DNA of 64,000 nucleotides from Microbotryum violaceum (Eukaryota): NCBI GenBank assembly GCA_001244265.2, contig CDLV01000007.1, positions 2,480,001 to 2,544,000 of the forward strand, read 5' to 3'. Shown piece by piece: positions 49,922 to 60,692 of this stretch (position 1 is its first letter; each line of letters starts with the position of its first letter). The notes under the pieces were generated by a model. It saw only the letters and a program-made list of their open reading frames with translations, ran no database searches and was not told where the DNA came from. The position numbers and the translations under genes were made by a program.

Positions 49922-52900
49922 ATGACACCTCAGACGCAAAAAGGCTCCACTCGTCGAATGACTCGCAACAGCAACCCAGATGACGTACCGCGACGAGTTC
50001 TTGTCGACGACTCGGCACCGAAGGCAGCAACGGCAGCCGCGGTCGACAGACAAGCGAGCGCGCCGGCGGTCGAATCGACGCCCAGCGGGGGACGGGACGA
50101 GGGAGGTGGCGACGGCGACGACGGCGCTGCGAGTACGATGAAGGCATCGTTGAAAAAATCCTCAAACAAGCGCAAGACTGCGCTCAACACGGTGACATCC
50201 AAGAAGGCAGCAGCACGGAAAAAGTCCGCAAAAATTCAAGGTACTGCCGAGCAGGCTCAGGCTCAGGCTCCCGCCCAGGCTGGTCCGAGCTCGACGACGA
50301 TGCAGTACACCGATCAGAGTCTACCACTCGCGACATCGACTACTTCTGCGAACACCCACCGAGCCACATCACTTCAAGCAATTGATGAAGTTGATGCCAA
50401 CGCACGAGCCCGAGCTTGCGAACAGAACGAGATGCCCTCGAGCGACTCGGAGTTGACCTCGAGCGACGATTCGAATGACGAGCCTTACCTGCCTTCGCGG
50501 AAGAGGGGTCCGAGCGGCGCAACCTGGGCTTTCAAACGACGTCGCAAGCCAGCGGGCCCCATCAAGACGAATCAGAAGTCACATGTGGAACGAACGGAAA
50601 GCAAGTCCGTAATCTCGAGATTCGACCACTCCTCGACCCGAGCCCTCGGCAATTTTCCGGCCCTGCAGAGTCTCACCGACAATGTCGAAGCCGTACTTCA
50701 CAATGCTCGAACGCGGACCCACTCTGGCAGGAAGCTGCAGTCCGAATCACACCAACGCTTAAAGGCTTCAATCGAAGTATTACCGGATCCACCTCAAAGA
50801 GCCGTACTCGCCTTGCTTTTGAAGTGAGTCGCTCCTCTGACGCTGCTGGCACGCCGAACGAAAAGTCGACTGAACGTTGGCGCAACCTTAGTCGCTACAC
50901 CAGCTTTTGCGAAACTCAAGAGGTCAACCTACCCGCTTTTCCACTCTCCGTAAGTCTCTCGGCTTTTCCGGATCCGAATCCGTTCTGAATCACTCGCTTG
51001 CACTTTTCGCTTTGCACGGAGCAGCCCGCCAAAGTCGCAATCTTTCTCGCACGGGCAACCGACACATCCTTCGGAGAAAGTTTGCGCCGGCGATTACCAC
51101 AACCCTTCACCTATCCTCTACCCATTGCCGGCGGCGACGATCAGGGTAGTTTTCTCGGCCCGAGCGAGGGCTCACGAGTCGATGTCGCGTTGATGCGTTG
51201 CTGGCTCCAGGCCTTCTCCTACGCACAAGGCGCAATCGCTCCCGTGTGGGCGCCGGTGCTTTCGCCGCTCGACCCCTCCCTGGCGAGCATTGAGCGTGAC
51301 CCGGCCATCACGGACATCGTCGCAACCTTCCACGAACCCGAAGCAAGGGAATCGTCTTCATATCGAGTAAAACCGACCGCCGTGGGAAGTCGACGCTCTG
51401 GAGGCACACGGAAGACGAGCCAAGTCGCCACTGTTCCGGTCGATCTGGCGAAGCGACGTCAAGATCTGCAGGCCGCCGGGGCGAAGACTGCACAGCGGTG
51501 AGCCAGTCAAGACATCACGAGCATGTCGCGAATTCCAGCTCTGTAAGCGACGTAGATGCTGACATTGATTCAATTTGGGGACGGGTGATGTTCGATAGAA
51601 CCTCAGCGATGAAATCACTTTCGAAAGCAATCTCGGAGCACAACGCCCGTGCCGCCCGGAGGGGTTCGATGTCAATTCAACGGCCTTGCGACGCGACCTC
51701 TTTGATGCCGTGCATCGTTCCACACCCCGCAACGGGACATGACGCCTCTACTGTCGAGATGAGCCATCGGACCCAAAACATTCCCATTGGAATTGGGCCG
51801 CCATTGTCGTGGCCGCACGGCACTCGGACTCCCTCATCCTCGAATGCTCCTCCCCCTTGGCCCTTGTCGACCTATGGAAGCATACCTCCACCCCCCCTTC
51901 CGATCGGACCAGAAACTTTCATCAGGCACTATGCGTATAATACCACCCCTACTCAACCTGGCTCAACCTATCCTATCCCCTTGACGAGGTCAAACTCGTA
52001 CGAGCCACATCTGCGCAGCGCTTCGACCGCATTCAGTCTGAGTGACTTTCAGTCAATGGCAGGGGAAGCGGTGCAACCGGCTAGCACGCCCCATCTCTCT
52101 GAACGACTTCGATCGGAACAAAATGGGATGCACTCGACTTCGGCTGGTTCCCAGTTCGATTTTCAGCACGAAGCTGCGGATACTGTGCGAGCGCTTATTC
52201 ATCAGGGTGACCCGTCACAGGCCCGCGGGCAAAGGTGGTCTCGGCCACCTCGTATCGGCATGCTTCAGAGCGGTCCCAAAGGTTACGAGGTAGGAGCTCA
52301 AGATTTGGGTCCAGGAATTCTCCAACACTTCAACGGCAAAGACGAAATGAGCCTAGGTGCTGTTTCATCTTCGCCGTCAATGATGCCGCCACCTGCGTCA
52401 ACGAGTTTGAGCGCTTCTGCTCGCCGAGATTCACTGGTGCAGAGCACCCCACAGAGGTCATCGTCTTCTACAGCGACCGTTCTCCAAGAAGGGTTATTCG
52501 TTAGTCCGACGATACCAGTGTCGCACGGCAATGGTTCTCAATTCGAGATGGGAAGCTCGATGCGATGGGATGCGCTTCCCTCGGCTCCGACATTGATCGC
52601 GCTAGCCGCCGATGTGCGGCCCGTCGGTTGGTTCATTGAAGCAGACACGATGCGCACCATCCAGATCGGTGCTCCACCTACCACTACATCCTCTCATTCA
52701 TCAGCAATAATCCCAAGGGGTGTGATCAACGTTCAAGGCCCAAGCACTCTGGGCAACCCCTACTTTTCCATGCCCGTTGCACGCTCTCCCCGTGTTCGGC
52801 CAAACGAAGCACCCGAGTCGGCGGTGGTGGAGCCGCAGCCGATTGCAGGGCTTTCAGGTGAGATTGCCATGGGCGCGCATGCAAATGACAGCCAAAACAT

Positions 52901-53231
52901 GGACGGCACCTTGGATCGAATTTCTCGCCCTTCTTCGACGGCCGGATCGGCCCCTCCTGAGCAGCATCGCTCCTCGTCGCATGCCGGTCTTGGGGTCGCA
53001 GCGGGCCTCGAGGGAACGTTCCTGCTCGGCACCTCCGCGACGCCATCAACCTCATTTGCTCAAAATGGTCAAAACAGCTCCAAATTAATCTCCGCGACAC
53101 CCCTTAACAAATATGAGCCTCACACTCACCTCAACCCGGTTTCGCCGTCAAACGCGCGGCCCACCGACTCGCCGATCTATCGCGAATCACCCCTGAGCTT
53201 GAAAGAAGTCTCGCGCGCGCACTCGACTTGA
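49922..53231 (+). CDS. Hypothetical low-complexity protein, probably nuclear, multi-exon
   Basis: Long + strand ORFs (49922-50827, 50998-51501, 51498-53231) are separated by GTGAG...AG introns. Basic NLS-like clusters are present; no recognisable domain. Confidence 0.5.
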
Positions 53232-53832
53232 TCTCGATGCTTAGCCTGCTCTTGCTTTGACCCATCTTTGACTCTTGCTTGTCGTTCAGTTCTTTCCCTG
53301 TGCTACCTCTAGTTAGGCCTCCTCGGCGTTCGCACCCATGTGATGTATCTCGTTCTCTTTCGGCTCGTCGCTTGTCAGTTGTCACGTGCCGCGAGGGGAA
53401 TTGTCGGATCGGAAAGCCTGAAGCCGAAGCCGGCCAGACACGAAGGCGCTCGAAAATCTTAGAGCCGAAGTGTGGTCCGTACGAAAAAGATGACGCAAAC
53501 CAAAGCACGAAGCATAACATGTACTTCATCTCACTCTCCACTGTTATCATGATATCTCGCGATGCTCGAGCTCAAGAGCGAAATAAAGTCCGGCGTTGCA
53601 ATCACGGAAAGAATATCTAACTAAATATGGAAGGTCCGAGGGACTGGAATGTGGGTGATACGAACGGATATAGGAAAAAGATTGGATATCGGGAAGAGTG
53701 AGTCGAAAGCAAAAGTCGAACGCGAACCAAATGTCACACAACACAGCAAGATGATGCCGAGACGTCGAGGAGAGGATCGAGGCCCGAACCGGCCGGGCGA
53801 CTGCGCAGAGGCCGAAAGAAGAGTCGAGGGGC

Positions 53833-55914
53833 TCAATTGACTCTCGTCATAGTGAGCCAAAAGGCGTCGTTGCTTGCATCGAATAAGTCGTACATAAGAC
53901 CCGGGACCCCGCCAGCACCTACTGTTTCCTTGCCGGTGAGACCGGCGGTCTGCATGTCGCTGAGGTGGTCCTGGCCGACGATGCAAACCGTTTGCGCTTT
54001 CCCGGACATGAGGTTCTTCCTCAGGTGGTCCGCGATTTCGGAATTGGACTTGTCCGCCTCAGAAGCCGGATTCGGATCTTTGCTTGCTTGCTGCGAAACC
54101 GCACCGTCCTGTGTTTTTTTGGCCGTGCTCTGCGGCCCGGGACCATGATCTCCTGCTGCCGAGCCCGCTCCTCCGCTGGCCCCTGAAGCGGATTGCTTCG
54201 GAGTGCCGCTCGGGGAGACAGGGCCTTGCGGGGAGGGGCCTTGCGGGGAGGGGCCTTGCGGGGAGACTAACATCTGACTTCGCGAGTCGCGTTTGGCAAG
54301 GTAATGTCTCCGACGTTGGCAAGCAAGGGAATTCCCCGTGCAGAGAGAACGCACGTGGTGATGCTGAGGATGACCGCCGCCGTGGTGGTTGCCGCCCTTG
54401 TGGCCATGACCGCCGCCGTGGTGGTTGCCGCCCTTGTGGCCATGACCGCCGCCGTGGTGGTTGCCGCCCTCGTGGCCATGACCTCCGTGTCCACCGTGAC
54501 CTCCACGACGACGACCGTGACCGCTATGACGCTTGCCCCTGTAGCCGCCGACGTGGTGACGACCGGGCTGACCGGAGCTGGACAGGTCCGATTGAGGACG
54601 ATGGGGAGTATTGCGATGGGCGCCTGACTTCCCGCTCGATTTTCGAGATGGGGACGATTTCGGGTTCGCCTTCTTGAACTTGAAGTCCTCCTTCTTGCTG
54701 ACCCCTCTTATCTTTTGTGCGAGCGAGAGAGCGTCCTCCGTATTGCCGCAGGGCAGCTGTGCACGGATTCAACCCACTGTCAACGTGGAGTAGCAAACGG
54801 GGCGGTCAGAGCAGCTGGAGTGACTTACCACATTGAAAATCATCTGAATGGCGGAGAAAGGCGCCGTTGGCATCAAGTCAGCACAAAAGAACGTAATCGA
54901 CACCCACCGCGACTCAAACGGAGGTTCGAATCAACGATTGTTGTACCTTAGCGCCTGTGTGGTTCCTGTTGAAGGTGCAACCGTAGGCGACCACGTCGTA
55001 GTCCCGACCCTCATTGGAGTTGAACTGCGTCGCCGCACACTTATTGGCGCCCGAGAGCGAGACGCCCGTGAATCTACCATGCATGCGTCCGCTTGCGCCG
55101 TATATCGTGCGGGATACGACTTCGACTGTTGAGTATTGCGGTACGAACGAAAGGCTGACATGACTATTACCGGGCGTGCCGTCGCTGCGGCGGTTCAATC
55201 GTGGTCTCCTCAGTGATAGCTCACGAGATGAAGGGAGGCGCCATGCGCGGACAAGACGAACCGCTGAAAGTGCATGTACTGTGGCGACAAGCCGACACAT
55301 GCCAGAAGCGTAAGGAAGTGGAGGAGATAATGCGCCACATTAGAGAAAGAGGGGTCAGCGAAGTTTGTAGTAGGCGCGCGGAAAGCGGCTGGGCGGGTGA
55401 GACCGCCCGTACAAGTCGCATCCGTGCGATGGCTCCATAGGGATCCACCGAAGCTTGGCATAGCCACGACAAAAGCAAAATAGTACTCACGTCGCCTTCC
55501 GCGTTTTGAATGGTGTAATCTGTGTGTTGAGGGGGGCCGCAATCAGCGTCAGGGGCAGTCTGAGTGACACGCTCGGTCCGCCCGTTGAACGCCTCGCGGG
55601 GGGTTCATCGCGCGGAGGTCGAGGTGTAGACTCTGCGAGTCGGACGAAGAACTCACTTCCGGAAATGTCAGCACCACTTTCCTAAGTAGGATCAATCAAA
55701 ATGGGCTGTTATATGTTAGTCTTCTTGTGCTTGGCTTGCCTTCTCGTTGCGTAATAAAGGCGCAGACAACAGGAGGCAGCGTTGTGGCGGTGCCGAGGCC
55801 ACCGCGGGAACGCACCGTGATGACTTTCTTGGCGTCAGTGTTGTCGATGATTTCCGCAAATGCGGCAGGCAGGCAGGTGGTGACCAGCACCGACAGTAAC
55901 TGCAGCGAGCGCAT
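53833..55914 (-). CDS. Secreted ricin-B/beta-trefoil-like protein A with Gly/His-rich basic insert, ~448 aa
   Basis: Exons 55914-55816, 55681-55657, 55519-55491, 55278-55262, 55184-54947, 54843-54829 and 54756-53833 join in frame (1347 nt). It has a signal peptide, SGNYTIQNAEGDYMHF and (GHKGGNHHGGGH)x3, and is homologous to the adjacent gene. Confidence 0.75.
54370..54480 (-). repeat. Three 36-bp coding repeats encoding GH(K/E)GGNHHGGGH
   Basis: atgaccgccgccgtggtggttgccgccct(t/c)gtggcc occurs three times on the + strand. Confidence 0.95.
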
Positions 55915-56730
55915 AGTGAGAAGTGTAGAAGCAGGTGGTCGGGAGAAAGAGGGAGAGAAGGAGAGTGGGCCCGCGAGACGCAGCGACGAACCGAGCGAGA
56001 CAAAAGGTGACGCCGGCGCGCTGAATCAGGACGGAAAGGAGCAAGGGAAGGTGCGCGAAACAAGGAGCGGCAGTCGACGACGAGGCTTGCAAGAAGTGTG
56101 AGAGTAGGAGGCGAGCACCTGTACTTGTTGAGGCGAGGATACGTTAGGTGAGAAGGAAAAGATAAGGTCCAGAACAGACTGAGCTCCCGGGCATTGCAGG
56201 TGGGAAATTGTCGCCGTTTTGATGGCGCAGTGCTAGCGCTCCAACGAGAGTGAGTGGGAGTGTGGGCCTGAGCTGAATCATCTCCGTGCGTTAAGACTAG
56301 CAGCTACTAAAGGTGGGTGTGTAGAGATGTGTGCCGGGCCCTGTATTGCCTGAACGTGGCGCCAATCAAGCGCGCTCGCCAAGCCACGGCAATCAAAATG
56401 TAAGACCCGCTCTCCTGTCTCAGCTGTGAGCTCGTGTTGGGGCCCGGCTCTGAGCCCAAACGGCTCGCGCTCGCTCGATTCAAGTCGATACCCTAATGAT
56501 GTCATTAAACATTCCACGCAAACAAACAGCTACAACTATGGACCCAATGCTACACGTTGTTCGAGAGACGGCGAATGGGAGAGTAGGGCCGGGGTCTTTA
56601 AAGGCGTGGGAGTTTGGGCGGCTAGCCCGAGGTCGCCCCTTTTTCGCTGGTTCGGACCGTTTTGTTCTATTTTTCTATTTCCGCCAAGAGGGGCTCGAGC
56701 ATTCCCGGGTTTCACTACCAGGCCATGTGA

Positions 56731-58790
56731 TCAGGATGACACAACGGCCCACCATTGCGACTTGTCCTTGGCGTTGAAGTCGACCATACCCTGGCTGGTG
56801 AAACCTCCGGCGCTTTTGACGGCTGTGCTGCCGACGGCCCTCGCCCTTTGGTCGAATAGGTAATCGTGGGTGAGGATGCAGTAGGTCGCACTGAAATCAC
56901 GCTTGCCCAAATCAAAGTCGGTCTTATCGTCGGTCTCGGTGTACTCGGTGACGTCTTCGTCGGTGAAGAGGGGCGACTCCTCGACGTCGTTCTCGTTCTC
57001 GTTCTCGTTCTCGTCCTCGTCCTCGTCCTCGTCGACGACCACGGGCTCAGTGATGGCGGCATTCTCGGCCCTGTCCTCGAGATCGAGCGAGCGACGACGA
57101 CGCGAGACATTCTTGGAGAAGGTGATGGCGCTCGACGAGGTGCCACACGGGACGAGGGCCCACACCTGCTTCGCAACTGACTCGCCCGAGGTTCGGCAAG
57201 CGTACGCGACCGCGGCAATGTCCTTGCCTTGACCGTTCTGCTTGCCGTATTGAGCCGCCAAGCATTTGCCGTTCTAAAAAGTTTGATCATAGATGAGCGT
57301 AGATAAAATGCAGGGCGTGTCAGGCTACGTTCGAATTGCTACAGAGGTCGAGGTGCAGGCCGCCGAAATGACTCGCGGGCCGATTTCTGCGCCAGCCGAA
57401 GCGGGACCAGCGGGATTGCCGAGCTGAGTGAGACTTACGGAACTGCCATCGGCGATGCTCACGCCCTGCCAGGAGCCCTTGGAGTTACCGCTTGTGCCGG
57501 AGACACGGGTCCATTTGAGCGAAACGGATTTCTTGGACGATTGGGTGTAGACGTTGGCTTTGCCGGAGTTACTGGAAGGGACGGGACGGAGAAGTTGATC
57601 GAGCGGCCAGAGACCGGCCGGGTCAGTTTGTTGGCCGGGAACCGGTGGTGGCGAACCCGCGCGCGCGCAGAAATGTGTGGTTTGCATCAAGGCCGTGGAA
57701 GTGGAGGTGTTGATGATTATGATAAGAAAAGAATGATATAAGGACGGTAACTTACCGAGTGAATTGTAGGTATCTGATTGAATGACGCGCACAGAAACAC
57801 CCAGAAGAGGACACAAACAAAAGCGAAGAGGCGCTTGCCGTCAGCGCCAGTAAATGAAGATGAGACCGTGGCGCAAAGAGGGACGCCTCGATAATGGATC
57901 GCCCCGTAGTTCTGCGGTTCGCACGCGCGGAAATTTGCAAGAGACAACTCACTTTCCGGTCTGAACGTTCCTGAACGTGTAGGAGCCGCTGACTTTGGCT
58001 TGCGTGGCCTGTCGAGTAGTAGTAAAAAAATGGGGTGGTAGGGATGGGGTGCGATCCGTGATGCGAGCAAAATAGAATGAAAGGCCATGCGTAGTGCAAC
58101 AAAGAACGGGGGCAGGAAAAGGGAGCCGAAAGGGAAAAAAAAGGGGGGTTAGTACGCTCGATCAAGGATTAGGATTAGGATCTAGCGTTTGTAGATTCTG
58201 TCTTTGAATAAAACTAGCTGTAATTTATGGCTTTAAACTTTAAATTAGGGTAAGCGCAAATCGGCCGATTGAAACTCCGGCGTCACCCGAGATGCGCCCT
58301 GTCTCAGATAAAGGAGAGATTGGAAGACATTGTTCGTCGTCGTCGTCGGGCGAAAGCGAGCTGTGCACGGAAATAAAATGCAAGTCGAAACTCGGCCGAG
58401 AGGCCGAAAAACCCGACACTAGCGAGAGCAGCGAGTGAGGGAGTGCACTACGACTGAACCGGACGGAACAATGTAGGGGCGTGCGGGCCCACTTCCGAAG
58501 CCGAAGCCGACGACGGACCGGCGCCCATGCGCGGCTTCGGAGCTTGGGAGGATAGGGGGTCCGTGCTTGAGCGTCGGCGACCGGCGCGCGCTAGTTCAAG
58601 GACCCCGAAGACGAGGCTAGCGAAGAACAAACGGCTCGAGGAGAAGTCGCCTCGAAGCCAGAGGAAAGCGCAGTAGAAGTGAAGCGAAACTCACGAGAAC
58701 AACGGCTTGCATCTGGGTGTTGTCGATGGACGATGCAGACGCCATGGTTGCGACGAAAGCGAGAGAAAGCGTGGAGAATGAGAAGAGCAT
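56731..58790 (-). CDS. Secreted ricin-B/beta-trefoil-like protein B with acidic insert, ~281 aa
   Basis: Exons 58790-58695, 58008-57953, 57773-57756, 57571-57439 and 57273-56731 join in frame (846 nt). It has a signal peptide, SGSYTFRNVQTGKYLQF, KCL, and QxW-like KQVW and SQWW. Confidence 0.75.
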
Positions 58791-59684
58791 GGTGGTCGCT
58801 AAAAAAGAGGAGATAAAACGTGATTGTCGGTGAGGAAGGGTGAATACAGAAACAGTGGTGAGAGCACGAAGGAAGGGTAGTTGTTGGTGAGGACAGGACA
58901 GACTCGGAGGAGAAGAAGAGCAAAAGGAGACGGGTGGGGAGGCGAGTAAGGGGAGATAATTAAAACGAGGTCCTTGCAGGGTAGTAAAGTAGGTCTCACA
59001 CGAAAAACGTGTGTTTCGATCGTAAACATGGGTCTCGGGCACCTGCCTGTCACCTAGTCTTCCTCCGCGCGCCGGACGGGAGTCCTCAGAGCGACTGAAA
59101 AAACGAGGGTGCTCGGTGCATGCGCATGCACGCACTCCCTACTACATACTCCCCCACTCCCCTCCGCGGACATCCGACGCGCGAGCCTTGGGTCCGTGCG
59201 TGCGCCTCGCTCCCCCGTAATCCTGTGGTTGAGTTGCTATCTTCGCAACACCGAAAAAGGAAAGCCGCCGTCGCGCAACCTCATCGTACTTGGAAGTCGA
59301 GAACTTGTCAATCGTCAATGGATACTTGGTGTCGGCCTGGGACCGGGGTTACTACCACAACGGATTGCCCGGCGGCCAACATGGCACCGACTCTGAAACT
59401 GGCAGATATGGCGCCTTGGACTTCGTCCCGCGTCGTCGAATTCTTGTCTAGGGCATGCATTGCATGCATTGCATCATCAAGTAATCCAGGATTCTGCCCG
59501 AATGCTTTCTCTTTAAAGAGGTTGTAGGTAGAAGTTGTCACCACGCCGCTTCAAGTGCAGTGAAGCACGCACTTGATCGCGGATCGACTGCCGTGGCCGG
59601 CTGCTCGGCGCAATTCCCCCTCGACGCAAGACCGCTCGATTCCTCCGGCCGGCCGGCATTGCACCAGCTTTGCGAGCCCTCTCC

Positions 59685-60163
59685 CAGGTTCTCATAGGAT
59701 CAGATCACCGGAGGATCCGATCCGATCCGATTTTATTTTTCCCAATCCGCGTTGATCCATCGTTTCTTGATCCTATCCAGAAGGATCAATTTGATCTGAG
59801 ACATTTAACTGCCTTATATGGCAACAGATGACTACATCTCACTAGTTGTCGCTATCGGTGTTGAGCGCATCATTCTCACTACTACCACCACTATTGTGCC
59901 CATCACTATCTTCCTCATCCTTGTCGGAATCATTATCACCATTTCGCCTTTTTTTATGAGCTCCGATTGCGCGCGTTGCCCTTGCCGGTGTAGGTGAGTT
60001 TCGCATGACATCTACAAAATGCGAACATAGTTTTATAGTCAGTTTAGACATGTGTAACCAAGGTCATTTCCGATAGTGGTACATACCTTGTAGCGCGCTC
60101 TTGTGAACGGCAGGTATCAGTTAAAGGGCTATCTACTAAGTAACGACGCTACATCGCCTCCCC

Positions 60164-60212
<49 letters not shown>

Positions 60213-60330
60213 CTCCGAGGCTTCATCTTTTTTTATCTTGATCCTGCCCAGCTAGGATCAGGATCGATCTGCTCCTAAAACTTAGGATCAGGATCAGATC
60301 AGATCAGATCTGATCCTATGAGAATCCTTG
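59685..60330. mobile_element. Non-autonomous TIR element (MITE), hAT-like
   Basis: Perfect 18-bp inverted repeat ttctcataggatcagatc (59689-59706 / 60307-60324), CA...TG ends, 8-bp flanks ccctctcc / ccgtctcc (7/8 match), and subterminal GATC-rich repeats. Confidence 0.75.
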
Positions 60331-60692
60331 CCGTCTCCTAATACTAGCACGGTACCTCCTGCAAGTCCGACCTATGGCGTCTGATTCTTCTTGAAAGTCT
60401 TCGAAGGTCACATAATTTGAAATCCTGGCCAGTACATGCATGTCATGTTCGGCGTCAACACTTGCGAAGGCCACCGGGACCCGTGGGTCCAGTGAATTAA
60501 ACCGTTAATTCGCCAAAGCTCATTACGCAAGCGAAAGCCAGCATAAGCCAGTAATAAGCCAGCAATAAAGCCGAGCCGCGTGGTCCCGCGTTTACTACCC
60601 GCGCGCGCGAGTCGACGCGCCTCAATTACTCCTCCTATCCTCGCACGCTCACTCGACTGATCGTGATCTACAAGGCCACGTAACGTCTCATC

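Noticed and set aside
54304-54627. Plus-strand hydrophobic repeat ORF (MTAAVVVAALVA)n
   Set aside because: Antisense shadow of the Gly/His repeats of the spliced minus-strand gene.
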